Source of the DNA: Harriotta raleighana
Lineage: Eukaryota
NCBI GenBank assembly: GCA_050575255.1
Contig: JBNZDD010013721.1
Location: 4,765,196 to 4,829,195, forward strand
Length of the DNA: 64,000 nt
Reading direction: 5' to 3'
Below the pieces are notes generated by a model. It had not been told where the DNA came from and made no database searches. It was given only the letters and a program-made list of their open reading frames with translations. A program made the position numbers and the translations under genes. Positions 13,901 through 28,900 of the stretch are shown in pieces. The stretch's first letter is position 1. Every line of letters starts with the position of its first letter.

Positions 13901-16900
13901 TATAGTCTAGTGCCCAGTTACAGTTTGATAATAGGTGGGTCGAGACCTCATTTGCATGTGAAATTGACCTGGAACTTGTGTCTTACCTTGTTCAACTGGG
14001 CTGTCGTCAACGATACTGACTGCGTCCAATTCATCCTCACTGGAGTCTGCTCTCTCAATCCCTGAATCAGTTGCACACACACAAACAGTCAGTCTTTTGT
14101 TAGTTCAGTACTCAGATTCAAAGAGTAAATGTTTCAGTCTGGTTGGGACTGGTGGGACTCTTGTGCCTGGGGCACAAGGCTTTGGGTTGCAAGCCCCACT
14201 TTCAGATTTTGAGCTCACGATCTAGGTGGCAGGTGGTCCAACATTTTGTCTGCCGAGTGCCACCTTGCCCTCCACCCCTCTCGAATCGCAAACCCTTCAT
14301 TGTCCAGCACCTTGTGATGTCCTCCCGACATAAAAGGCGCTATATAAATACAATTTGTTTTTGTCATCAACTTCCCCTCTCCCTCTCCTCTCTCTCTCCT
14401 GTGAAGCTTCCCAATCTAGGCTCTGTTGGGCTATGTTTACACCAGTGGAGCTGTTGAGAGCTCATATAGCTGTAGAGATTGCGTTAGAATTATCAGAAAT
14501 ATTACCTTGCTGCCTCCTCTCCAGTTTCTCCTTCTTCCGTTGGGCTCTCTTCAACTGCTTGAGCTCTTTGTCCCTTTCTTTGACGGCAGCTTTCGAGTCT
14601 TTGATTAAGGCGATATAAGCCAACTGCAATTAGGGAACATAGATGTAGTGTAGACTCTACAGCCCTCCATTCTATTAAATAATGGCTGATTTGTACCTCA
14701 GCTACACTTGTTTGCTTTTGCTGCCTATTCCCTGCTACCCTGACCCAACAATCTGGAATTTCCATGTGTCAGGGAGGACAGGCAGGATGAGGCAGGGCAT
14801 AGGAGGGTATGGAAGGGCAGCGAAACAGCCACACACCTGAAATGCTGAGGATTTCTTGGCCTCATCTTTGGCCACTTCTTCGGCCTCTTCCTTAACCTTA
14901 TCCTCGTCCTCACTGTCTGTGTCAAACAGGTAATAACTCCCGCTTTGAATCACTGATGAAAAAAAAGAAACATAAACAAGAGGTTTGTGCATTATACACC
15001 GCCTAACAGTGAGAACTATTGCACATAATAGAGTAATGATATTATTACTCAACAGTAATTTCTCAATATGGTATTGTACTGTACAGTAATTACTAGCCCA
15101 TGCTGTTGTCAGTCTAGTTCAGTTGGTAGCACCCTTGCTTCTTAGTCAGAAGCTTGTGGGTTCAAGTCCCATGTTGATATTTTGAATGCATAGTCTAGGC
15201 TCACACTCCTGCTCAGTGCTGGGGGGAGCTCTGCATTGTTGGAGGTGCTGTCCATTGGATGAGACATTAAACTATGGCCCTGTCTGCCTATTCAGCTGGA
15301 CATTAAAGATTCCATGGCACTACTGTATTTGAAAAGAGAAGGTAGTTTCTCTTTCCTGTTTCTCTGGCCAACTATTCTTCAACTAAAATTGGTCAGTTGG
15401 TTCATGGCTATCTGTGGAACTCTGCTGTGTGCAAATTATCTGCCGTGTTTTCTCACAAATTATATCCTTTATAGTAAATTCCTGTGAACCATTTTGAGTC
15501 AGGAAAGATTCTATATCAACTGTAAGGATTATTATTATTATTGTTGTCATATGCAGTTGGTGTTTGGGCATTCCATGTCTTGTTGGAAAGTCTGTTGATG
15601 GGTTTGAAGGCTGATATAACATCACTCACTGCTGCAGTGTGTGATCCACGGTTGCCACCACTTCTTTTCACCTTTGTCGTCACCTGTGGAAAATTGATGC
15701 TCAGAATTATACGAAAATAGTCAACAACAAAATTACATTTACACAGCATCTTTCATGTCAACAGGACATCTCAACATGCTAGATAGTTAAATGTTTTCAG
15801 CTGGGAATTGAGGTCAAAAGGGGTGATGGGGGAGGCGGAAAGGTGGCTAAAAGCACAATCAAAGAGGAAGGTCTTGAGATAGACCTTGAAGGAGGTGAGG
15901 GAGGGGCCGCAGTGGAGGGAAAAAGCAGAAAGACTGAAGGTCTGATCGCTAATGGTGGACAGGCAGAGGACCAGCGATTGTACCAACAATCCCCCAAATA
16001 AAATTGGTCACTCACTTCATAGTTATTTGTGTGCAACTGGTTTCTAAACAGCCATTCCACTTTACAGTATATCCCTTGAAGTGCTTTGCGATATCTCAAG
16101 ATATGGTAATGTATTGTATGAAATGGAAGGATTATTATTAGGCCTCTCTGCTCCTGGTCTGGCCTCATCTCTCCGCAGTTCTCCATTGTGCCTGTTGCCC
16201 TCCGTTACCCCTCCCACACATGCACAGCCGCTAAAATGTTCACATGTGAACCTTGGCAACGAGTTTTGTGAGGCCACTTGACTGTACAGCAAAGTATTAG
16301 TAGCCAGTTATGAGCACCCCAGACAGATTCTCTGATAGGAATAGTGTCACAGTCACACTTATACCCCAGAGAAAGAGACATGCCTGGTTGGTGAGCTTCA
16401 CTCTGCTGTTGCTCCCCATTCTGCAAATAATCAGAATCGTTGTTGGGTTTCGGGAGCTTGGCTTTCGACGCTTGGTATTTCTCCTGTTTTGCCTTAATCT
16501 GCTCCATCCTAGGTTGGAGGAAAAAATGTGAACCAACAACAACATGCATTTACATAGTTCCCTCACAAAGGGTCGTGTCCTAGAACACTTGAATCAAACT
16601 AGCAGACCAGCAGGAAACAGATTGTTGTTTGTCACATGTGGTTTGTAGGGCACAGTCTATTTGGTGCATTCATAGGGCTCTCTATGTAAACATTTAACTC
16701 GCTGGTGCTGTCAGTGTGGATGAGGCTAATCTTACTGTTTCTTGAGCTGCTCCATGGATTTCTTCTCTTTGTCCAGCCGGGCAGAGACTCCTTTCTTAAT
16801 CTTGGCTTCAAATAACTCAGCTCCTCTGTGGAAAGAGAACACAATGTCTGGCAAAATTCTTATGGTAGGGGCACAGAGACTGACTGCAATGGTAGAGTGG

Positions 16901-19900
16901 GCTGGGCTGGCTGTGGGAGTCCTTACCTGGCTGCCAGGATCTTGGAGGTATTCAGGTCCGCCACTACGTACAGGAAGTAGTAACTGAGAAAGACCCTCCT
17001 CTGGATGAGCAGGAAGAGGAAACAGGTGCTGTCCCACATAATACCAGCTTCTTCCTCCGGGACCTCACACCCTCTTTTCAGGCTCTCTGTGTCCGCTAGT
17101 AACACACACAAAAATCATACAGTGGGACATTCCCGCAAGGTCATCACAGAGCCTCAGCTGAAGAAGCCCATTTGATCTCATCCTCCCTTGATCCCATGAC
17201 AGTATCAAGCTGTTTCTGGAACATTGCTGGTCTCATTCCCTCACTGACTAAACTGTCTCACTCTGAATTACTCACCCATACTTTCAGTCCGAAACACTGA
17301 CTGTCCAGTGACACGAGACGTCCTCCTGATGTGAAAGTTGCTAAGCAAATGTAATTTTGTTGTTGTTGTTACTCGCTGTAAATTTCCTGCTATCCTAAAA
17401 TTGTCCTCTTATCCCGTGGTACTGATGTGTGTAAGTATTGCTCTATCCCATTTACACTCTCATATACTGTAATATTCTTATATATACATATTTTATTCTT
17501 ATATATTATCATACTATATATTCTTATATAGGCCTTACATACTTGCTCCCGAAACATCTTAATATCTCACCCCATCAGCCATCAACTTGGGCGAATCTAC
17601 AACTTAGATGATTGTACGATTTATAAAGGGATGACTTGTGTGAGTGTTATTCTGTCGAATCCTTTGAAAGACCTCTGCCAGATTAGGCCATAATCTTATT
17701 AGCTCCATTGAGAAGTTTCTGAGAAAGTTCCCTAAAACCAGATCAAGAAGTAAAGGCTCTGTACTACATTTTATAGACAGACTGGCTGCCATGTACACCT
17801 ACAAACACAGTCTTTCCATTTTACACTGTATCCTGTGAAGCACTTTAAGACCTATCGACATGATAAAACTATATTAAATGGGAGGATTGTTGTTGATACT
17901 TACGCAACTCATATTCCTTGATGGTGCAGGCCATGCCGAGGGTCTGCACCAGCCAGCAGTGACTCTCCAGTAACAGTTTCAAGTACACACAGGAGCCAAT
18001 CTGTCCACACAGCAAGTAAAACACTGGTTAATTGTTTCCCTCAAACGATCACCAGAGAAAGCAAGGGTGAGTTAAAACAACAAAAAAAAACACATGCTAG
18101 AAATAAAGGAGTGAAACAACCCAATCTTTGACCCACAACAAATCACCTACTCCACCCACCACCCCATGAGGACAAGGGATGGTTCAAAGATACCCTAGAA
18201 CTGTAAGTCTTGAGGAATATATTTTAAGTTTAGTGACTCTGCAATCTCGCTCACTGGTGGTTAAAAGCCATAAACTGAAAGATGATCAATGGATTTCAGT
18301 TTCATTAGTTTAGAGGAACAGTGTTTTCTACAAACACATGTGGCTGACTCACATTTACATCAAATCCTTGATATCCTTGCATTTTGTATAGTGGCTTTCA
18401 AGTCAGGAGGATGTCCCAAATCCATTCTAAGATTCAATAGGCAGGATAGGCCAGCTGAAGGGTTTTGTCTTGTGCATGGAAAATTATGTCTCTATGATTT
18501 CGTGTGAATTTAACTTAAAAGTATCAAAACAGGAGATAAATTAATTGGGTACCATTCCTTGATCCATTAGCCAATGGTCTTCCTGTACAGTGCATGTCTG
18601 AGAATCAGGATGGTCAGACAGGAATATCAGTGTAAGATTAGTGTGATTTTAATAGAATTTTGATGTGATATTTTATTAACCAATTGATTTTTCTACTTGA
18701 TTTTGTATATATTTTGACATATGCCACAAATTGGCTAAGACAGTATATAATGATTTTAGTGGTAATCAGCAATTACTAGTGATTGGATGGGAGCACTCCT
18801 CAATGGGAGTTGTTTCTCCAAACCTCAGTGAAATTTAGTGAGAAACAAGTCCATGGACCAGACAGTCAAACAGTGATATCGGGCTGGAAGCAATTGGTCA
18901 GCCTTGATACAAGGAGCTCTCTTTGTGAAAACCCTGACGGGGAGGAAGCAAGGTACCCTTTAGCAAGTAATGCTTCTGGTCTTAGGAAGACATAGAAAAA
19001 TAACTCTATATAATGTCAGACCACATGCAATCTCGAGGTCCAGTAAAGGATGACCTCATAACCAGTAAGGCAAGGGATAGATAGACATTGAGGTGGTATA
19101 AATATGGATATCTCACAGGGGTAAGATGGAATCATCATAGGACGAACAGTTGTGTGTCAACTGGTGGTCAGCAACTTCGACATTGAAAATCAGGTAATAT
19201 TGGTTTTGTTGAATCTTACTGCTTTAATCTGATTTAACCATACAATAATTGCATGTGTTAAAGCTTTAAACTTTGAATTGTGTATGATATTAAAAGATCT
19301 GCAATTCCCACCACCTGTGATGGGTATAGTCTCTTTCTGGTGAGCCTTATATCAGCGCCTTGGGACTTACTGTAAAGGCAATACTGTATTACAAATGTAA
19401 TTTGTTGTTGCTGTTTCTCCTCCCACTGCCCAAGATTCCTGTTCTTAACTTGTGAAACCATATTGTCTCAGCCTTTTTGATACCATCTGACTTTAATCAA
19501 TGCAAACAGAACTGGTAACTCATAAAGACGGATTTGTTAGAGCACAACAGGAGCGTGACAAGCAGGTGGACCTGGGTTCCCGCACAGTTACTACATTTTA
19601 TAATATAATCTGTGAAGATCTTTGAGATGTCTTGGCAACGTAAAAGATGCTATATCAAATGCAAGGATTATTTTTAACTTTCGATATTAGTGGGGCAGAC
19701 ACTGGGAGTGGTACCTACCGAAAGAAAATTCTTCAGTGTGATCACGAGTATGGTGTAGCCAATGAGATAGTCCCAGTGTCTGAGGATGACTTTGACTGGC
19801 TTCAGGAGGAGCTCTGCCCCCGAGAGCAGGAAGTAGAAACAGGCCACCAGATAGCCCATACAGAAGATGTTGATCCTGGTTGTCCCAGTGATGAAGATCA

Positions 19901-22900
19901 AACAGAGAACAAACCAGAACAAATAGCTGAAGACGATCACTTTCAACATGTCTAAGTACGACCTAGAGGAAAGCCAGAATGTCTGTAATAAACGCAGGAG
20001 GCAAGAGGCAATAATAATAATCCATGCATTTGATATAGCAGCCTTATCACATTGCTGAGAAATCTCAAAACACTGCACAGAATGTACCACAGGGTTAGGT
20101 GACTGTATATTTTGTGGATGAATCATGGCAGCAAATTGCGCACAGCAGTGTTTCATAAACAGTCACGGATTAAGTGACCAAATGTGTTTTTTTTAGGGAG
20201 GGATATGCCAATCAACTAACTACTCAGTTCCTACTTACTGCTAGGTAAATAGAGGCACATGGAAGCTTGCTTAGGTTTGCCCACCTGGGAATCAAACCCT
20301 TTCACTTGTGAGGTGAGCGCACTAAAAACACACTATATTCGCCCTGCACTTACACTGCATTTCCCTGTGATTTTGCTGGTAACTACCGATTCCTAATTTT
20401 CTAAAAAAAATAACAGAACCCATGAGATACTTGTAATTTTACACCATGGATGAAGAAGGCTTTTGTCTCAGTTGATCTCTTACCTACAATGGAGGAAGTT
20501 AGGCACAGGGACATATTGGCTGATGGTGGCTGGGTCTAAACTGCGGCTGATTTCCACGTTGTCTCCCGCTATCATCCGAATGGATGCAGTGTTTTCATCC
20601 TCAAACACTTGCCACTGTCTCGATGCATATAACAGGAGCATGAAGTCATCTAGAGGAACAAAAGTCATAAATTCTCACCAAAATGTTAGAAATGCAGAAA
20701 TGGCACAGAACCCCACCTTTGATGATAATAATCCTTGCATTTGATCACAACGGCTTCAATTTTGGATGGACAACTTGTAGCATTTCACAGAATTTACTGT
20801 AATTTGTAGCGACTGTGTATTGTGCTTATTACAGAGTCACTATATTTCACAATTAATCCTGTGAAATATGTCCTCTGGACATGAAAATCACTGTATCAAG
20901 ATTTTAAAAATCCAAATTCTAAACTGAATACAAATCCTGGACTAAATCCAAATGTTGTTTATTACTTACACATCAGGAACAGTGGGTTGGGTCTCTTTGT
21001 GAAATCTGGCAGATACAACCACTTAATAAGATTTAAGATCAGATTGCTGTCTGTCCGCCAAGGATAGTCTGTAAAGAGAATACATACATGTATAAAACAG
21101 TCTGGGAGCCAAGACTTTACTGAAACCTGCCAACATTCTAAGGTTCAAACTCAAGTCAATAAAATCTGACTTCAACACTATTACACATCTGTTAAATCCC
21201 ACTGCCCTGGCCAACAAACCTCAAAATAAAATTGGTAATTCATTTTACTGCTGTTTGTGGGATGCCTCTGTGTGCAAATTAGCTGCCATGTTTACCCACA
21301 AGACGGTTAATCTAGTCCAGATCATTTAAAATGACATTAACGCTAAACTAAAAAAGAATTTAAATAAGTACAGGATGCATTACAACAACAAACAAATTAT
21401 ATTTATAGAACACCTTTCATGTTGGGAGGATGACCTGAGGTGCTGAACAGTCAGGTCAGGACCCAAGCAAGGTGCAGGGTAGGGGGAGGGGAGGGAATTG
21501 TGGCTTAGAGTGAAAATTTCTGTAAAGTAAGAACTCCTCTCATCTTGTAAAATCATTGAAGCTTAGAATTACATAGTGTGATACTAAATGGATACTGGCC
21601 ATCAGCCCTAGTCCTTCTGGTGTTTGTACTCCATAATGGGCTCTTTACCTCTCCTATTCCTTATACAGTAAAACTATACAGTGTAGAGTTTGGGACAATT
21701 CTTATGATTTTATTCCCCTTGAGATGAGCAATTGAAAAATGAGCCCTAACTATCAAAACATCAACACATCAAAACCTTTTAATCCGTCCTCACTTAGCTC
21801 CCAATGCCCTCTACAGCATTGCTTGGCTGGTTTGTGGGCTGTACCTTTGCAGAGCACCGGAGGGATCCCAATACACAACAGATACTGGAACACAATGATG
21901 CAGGCCATGAAGCAGCAATACTTTGGCCATATCTCAGCGATGGCCTTTCTCCGGCGCCGATAGATCACAGCCACCAACCACAGGGCGTGGATGCCTGAGT
22001 ACATGTCCATGCGCTGTCCAATGAGGTTTACAGCCATCATGAAGCAGATCTGAGAAATGAGGAACACAAGATTATGTCACCAACAACATCTACCGTAGGC
22101 CAACCCCAAACCTACACTGTCCTCCAATAATGATAATAATGTTATCCTTGCATTTGATATAGTGTCTTATGATGTCGTTGAGTGTATTCTATGAAGCACT
22201 TTGAGCCCGTCGATGAGACCGCACTTTGCTGCAAGTGAGCAGTGTAAAGATAGCAGCTTGGTGCAACCTGTTAACATGGTTCATGAACCTGAAATCATTT
22301 CTGAACCAGTCAGTCTGGGAGGCGAGTTTCCCTCAACCTGCCAACCATCTGAAGCTCAATATCATGTCATGCCTACATTCATGAAATTTGGCTTCAAAAC
22401 TATTATGCACACTAAGTATAAAGCAGCAACAAGTCATGTGGTAGTTGTGCTATATCCACTCCAGGTTCTCATAGAGACTGGGGTCTATCATTAAAATCAG
22501 ACATTTCATATCAAATTCTCCAACATCTTTAGGATCATAGAAAGATAAATCGACTGTTCAGCCACTCGAGTCTATAGGATCATGGCTGAAGATATTCTTT
22601 CACCATTGAACAATTTACAAATGAGAGAAACATGCAAGTCCATCTCACACATACACACACATGTACTATTCTTGCTGAATGTCAATATTATTTTACCCCG
22701 ATAAATGACACAACTTTAGACTCCAAACAGCATTAAGTGAAATGTAGTTTCAGAGCTCCCTGCTAGAGAGCAGCTGTACCTCCATCCCAAATTTGTAGAA
22801 TAGGTAGTTCACAAAATATCGAATGCAGTTCATCAGCCCATCATCCAAGTGAAACCGGGTGATGTTCCCAAAAAGGGTTCCCATCAAAGCAGGTTTCAGC

Positions 22901-25900
22901 CCATTGTGCAGCCTATAGTACAGCTGGTGGCGATAGACTGTGGCCTCGAAGGCCAACAACCCGAGAATGCAGAGATGGTTCTAAACAGGACATGAAACAG
23001 CACATCAACAACAACAACAATAAAAATAATCCTTACATTTGATATAACACATTATCATATCATCAGGATATCTCAAAGCGCTTCACAGAATATACTGTAA
23101 ACTGAATTGCCTCCAATTCCTTATATTCCATTATCTTGAAAGGTGAGATTGAGTTGAACTTTTAGAATTTAAAAGTAAATCTTTGGAAGCCAATTTTCTG
23201 CTTAACTGTCTAAGAACTGTGGAAAATTGCCTTCCAAATTAAGACTAGTTGCCAAAATAATGCATATTAAATATTCCAAATTAAATATTAAAATAACGGA
23301 CTTAAGGCTGTGTTGAATTTTGGGCCTCAGCACTGTTGCAAATCTTCCAAGACACATACTGAAGTGTGGAGCTACTGGCCCAGATTATCACATTAATAGA
23401 CTGGCAATCGAAAACCCTGAAATAGGCTGAATACAGAATACAATCTGAGTAGTGTAATGTCAGAGCCAGGGGTTGTGCTGTGCACAAAGAACAGACTTAA
23501 TGCCAGGGATTTAGTGCACAGTCATGAATACACACCCATGTGTGTATTCAATGGATTGTCGCTGTGTTGATTTCGAGACGACGAGTATTTTATAAATTGA
23601 ATGAAAACTTTCTCTACCTTCAGGCAGGGCAAGACATTGCTCTCACACTTCCTCAGTGCCCCAAACCAGAAGGCAGGGTCGATGGGGCCAGAGTACAGGG
23701 AGGATGTATTCACCAGGGCATGGGTTCCATTCTGAGCAGGGAAAAGGATACAGTCTTAGTTACAGTCAACCTGAAATGTGGGGGAGTGGCGGTGAGATTC
23801 AATATCACTACAACAACAGCAACAACGTACATTTATATAGTGTCATTTCACATTGGGAGGACATGCAGCTACACTGCCAATTGATACTGTTCTTTTTCTT
23901 TTTAAACTCTGTAAAGTGCCAAGCTTTACAATTAGAGTCACAGTCAGACTGCATTTATATAGCACCAGTCACACAAGGGATCATCTCGGAGTGTTTATAC
24001 ACGATGATAGGTTGCTGCTCGTGTCAGACAATAGCGTTGATATAATATGACCCATTGGGCACTGTAGCTGGGTTAATAGATGTCCCCAAGTCTAGAAGGT
24101 GTTGTCTCTGTGGGTTTGTATCTGGGTATGTTTAAAGAGAAGGTGTGAAGAATTTCAGAGGCTGACCAGCTTACCAGAGTACAGTTTGCTGAATACTCAG
24201 CTGGGTTGATAAACTTGAGCTGATACATCATCTTACACAAGATCATGACACAGGTCCACACAGTAGAGATGCTGGAGGCCAGTGGACGGAATGAGGAATA
24301 AGGCAAGGCAAAGACCCATAGGATAAGGAGCACATAGTTCATCAGAGAGACCTGAAAAGAAATCGGGTACACTCAGCGAGACATCCTGAACTATCAAGTC
24401 ATCAATGAATGGGAACAAATTTAACCAGCTTCCAGGAACGCATCGCACCCACCCTCACCCTCCTCCACTGGCTCCCCATCCCTCCAGATGATAGAGTTCA
24501 AATCCTCACCTTCAAACTTCTTCATAGCTCTGTGATCTGCTAACCCCTTTACCAACCAGTCCATTCCCTCTGTTAGTGAGCTCCAACCTGCTCCATGTCC
24601 CTCTTCCTCACCACCATTAGTGGTCTAACATTCAGTTTCTCTGCCCACAACCTCTGGAACTACATCACATAGTCACCCCAGTTGACCTCACTCCCTATCT
24701 TGCCTCTCTCAAGGCCCGTCTCAAGACCCTCTTCGTCAACCATGCCATTGTTCACCCTCCTATCTGACACCCTCCCCTTTAACCCTACTAATTGGACTAT
24801 ACAAAGGTCACTGATCAGACCTTTCACTCAATGTGACCCCTCACTGCAAGATTAAACATGAATTTTTTATTGAGGAACAAGGCCTAGGGAAGGGAATTAT
24901 CCCCTGACCCTCGACCCTCTTGCTCACCTCTCTGAGTGTGGTCCAGATGATACAGGAGGAGACTATCTTGATGATGTGAAGCTCCAGGAGTCTCCACCCC
25001 AGGACTTGAGCTTTATGGGTCAGCTCCAAAAATCTCAGCAACAGGGAAGTCACCCGGTCAACCACCATGCTCCATGGCTTTGGGCATTCTGCTGGAACTG
25101 TGAGGAGGGGAAACAATCAGAATCCAAGAGAGAAACACACTTCAAAACAATATTGGGCGTTACGATGAGTTCATGAGCTCACCACAGCCAATCCTTCATG
25201 AACAACACATGTAATACAATGACAGACACATTGTTATAACTACAGTAAAACTCACATAAGTTGTATCAGTTGGAGCCATATCATTCAATATGACTTACAC
25301 AAATCAATCAAAAAATATATTTTTTATTTATATAGCGCCTTTCACGTCAGGAGGATGTCCCAAGGCTCTGTACAATCAAATAGGGGGGGAGGGCTCGGGG
25401 GAAGGAAAGTAGGAAAAATTGACTGTATATTTGTGGGCGAAACGCGGCAGCCAAATTGCACACAGCAGTATCCCACAAACAGTCATGGAAGTGAGGGGGT
25501 CAGGGGTGAAAGCGGGAAAGAGGGTAAGGGGAGGAGTCAGGGTATGGGGAAGAGAGCAGGAAAACCAGGTGTATATTTGGGGGCGAAATGCAGCAGCCAA
25601 ATTGCGCACAGCAGTGTCCCAGAAGCACACATGGAAATGGGGCCGGGGGAGAAAGGGGGAAAAGATGGCAAGGGGGGCAGACGGAGAGAAAAGCGGGTGG
25701 GGTAAAATCAGGGAGGAAAAAGGGCGGAGAAAGGGGGACAAGGGGGAAATCGGGGAGGACAAGGAGGGAGAAATGGTGGCAAGGGGGAAGAGGGAGGGAA
25801 AGGTGGGTGGGAGGCAAAACCAGGGAGAAAGGGGGGTAAAAGGGAAGAGGGAGGGAAGGGGGGAAAGGGAGAGAGGGAAGGAGAAGAATAAGAAGGGGGA

Positions 25901-28900
25901 AAGGTCAGTGGGAATTAAACAGTAACAAAGTCTGATTTGGAGACAAACTGTTTAAATCATAGAAAATATGATTTAATCGATAATCTATAATTCATGTATA
26001 ATTGTATATAATTCAATGCAGTCAGTCAGGGCACATGCGGTGATGGATGAAGACAACATTTCCCTCAATTCAATGCAACTTCATCCATCACCGCATGCGC
26101 ACTTACTGGCAAACTTTGGGGTCGCATTGAAGTACTTCTGTGCATGCAGCGAGGGATCAAGACTTCCTTCGATTCAATGCAGCCGGTAAATGGTACCTAT
26201 TGATACACAACATCTGGCGATAACAAGCTCGACAACAGCTTGTAAGTAGTCGCTCCATAAACACTAAGCAATATAGAGTGTTTCTTGCCCTCCTCCGTGA
26301 CATTGTTTGCTGCGAAGTAATGTTCCATACGCTCAATGTATAGTGACCATTCCTCCTCCTCAGCTTGAAACTCCCCTATTTTCCCAAATGTGACCATGTT
26401 TCCTCAAAATATCACTCCGTATGGAAAGAAAAGTTTATCCTCATTGCCAGATGTTGAGTATCAATAGGTGCCGTTCTATTGATACGATGGATTACGATCA
26501 TGACTTAAATAATACACATGCAGCCTGGCTGAGTTACGATTCCAAAGTGGTTTAATATGTCATCGACATCTGCCTAAAATGTCATCGACATCCTGCCTAA
26601 TACATCATTGACATCTGCGCATGCGCATGTGCAGATGCCCTTACATATATAACAAAATCCAAGTGATTTTAATAGGAATGGGACTTTAGTTATGACTTAG
26701 GTGGTTATACAATTTTAAAGTCCTGGTGGAGCCCTGTAGCTTAGTGGTTAGAGCACTTGTCTTACAAGCAAGAAACCTGGGTTTGACTCCAGGCAGGGTG
26801 TAACCTTGGATAAGTTTCTTTATCCCACACATCTGATAATAATCCCTAAAAAAAAAAAATGGATCGTTTCGATCAATGACTGTTTGTGGGACACTGCTGT
26901 GTACAATTGGCTACTGCTTTTTGCCCACATCTATCTATATGTAGTCAATTCACTTTATAGTATGTTCTGTGAAGCGCTTTGAGATGTCTAGAAGGTGTGA
27001 AAGATGCTATGCCAAATGAGAGGATTATTATTAAAGATACAACATATAGGATTTTTGCTGTATAACTAATACCACCGATGAGACTGCAATTTCTGGCCTT
27101 TTATTGGACTGGATTTGACTGAAATGAAGTGAAATGGCTGGATTTGAGTGACTGCAGTGAATGACTGTAGTTTGAATGTTTTTGGACAGCTCAGCAGCCA
27201 ACCTGAGATCTTTGGCCCCTCTTCCTGGTCCAAATTTGGTTCCTTGTCTTGAAAGTCCAGGTTGCTTAAGGTTTCGTTGCTGGACATTTTAACATCATTT
27301 CTGTGGTTGGAGGCCAGCCTGTGAAAAGAAACCAGAAAAATGAACAAGAGCAAAGATTTGTTTTATTATCATTTGCAAGATTTATGGATGGGGATTGTGC
27401 ACAAATCTTTTATTTGGTATAACCCTTTCACATCAGGAGGATGTCACAAAGGGCTCCATCCAAATTACTGTAGTGTAGTTATTGTAGTGTACTGTAGTTA
27501 TTACGAATTTATAGGTGAATGTGGCAGAACATTTTGAAAATGGTTACAGCAGGGTTGTGCTGCTAAAGATAGAGTTAAAGGATATTGTTGTGACAGCGGG
27601 TGTCTGTGCTGCTCTGGATAGTGCAGGGAACAGTTACCGTTGGCTGGAACATACTCAACAGAACCATCTTGGAACAAGGTCAAGTCACCAACTCTTTGGA
27701 TACGGGGCTGGGGTTCTCCCTGTTCCTGGCTCAGGTTGAACCTCCTTCACAGGCTCTAGCAGCTCTGATAGCTCAAGGCTTAGGCCTGCTCCTCACTCAC
27801 AGACTGCTCCTGGACAACCAGCACAGGCTTCAGTGAGCACACCTCCCTTGACACAGCCATCAGAACCTCTCCCAGGCTAAGCCTGCACTCACCTGACAGA
27901 CATTTATAGATGATACACAGTTCAGGGGGTGTATTCATGGAGACAATTAGCTCAATTAGGCAATGTCCCACAAACAGCCATGGAGTGAATGTCCAATTTT
28001 TAGAAAGTCCTAATGTGTTTTTACAAAACTCACTTCTGCTGCACTTTCCCAATACTGGCTTTGATGCTGGAAATAAAAAAAACAGAATTAAATATTGAAC
28101 TAATTCCAGTCAACATATTTTTGTGCACATGATTAATTGGCACCATTTAATCCAACCGGTTACAGGTAAACACCAAAATAAAAAACTACAGCATTAATTG
28201 AAATATTTAAAAGCGAAATAGGGATGCATCAGTAGTTGAATGTTACATAGTCCAGGCAATCTACATTTCAAGACTTTGTATGTGTAAGGATTTCACTTCA
28301 AACTGGCTGTGCATAATTGAATTACGGAGAAAAGTTCTGGAAATTAGTTGCAGAATTATAAAGGAAATTTCAGGATAAACCCTAGGAAGTTTTTCTTTGC
28401 TTAGAAGATAACTGGAGCAATATTGGAAGGAAGGATGTTGAGACCAGGATACTGGACTCATTTAAGAAGCAACTTGATGCAGTGATGGGGGATGGTAGGG
28501 TGGATGTTCTGGAGGGATCAGTTCAGATGAGCCCAAGGACTTTCTTCAGCTGAACCAATCTTGTGAGGAGATTAAAAGATCTTTCATGTCACAGTCTAAT
28601 AAAATGGAGGAACAAGCTTGGTAAGATGAACAGCCCCTAAATACTTAAAACAGCAACAACTTGTATTTATTTAGTTCTCTTTACATAGGGTAGCCTCTCT
28701 GAGCACTGTACAGAGGATGAGGTGGGGCTGGGATCCCTTAAACAGAAAGAAGAGCCATGCCTTAAAAAGATTAATTTCATTATTTGAAGCACCTCAATCC
28801 AGAGCAGAAACAGACACTATCAACCGAGGGAAACCCAACTTCTCACCTACACCAATCTTCTGCAGTCAGTGAAAGGGTGAGTCTGTATGACGTCAAATGT

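Noticed and set aside
18100-19600. 1.5 kb of unique-looking AT-rich sequence in Piezo intron 26
   Set aside because: No ORF, motif or terminal structure I can recognise, and the flanking exons join in phase without it.
25355-25925. Several 80-170 aa ORFs on both strands
   Set aside because: They come from SINE fragments and a GA-rich low-complexity tract that lacks stop codons.
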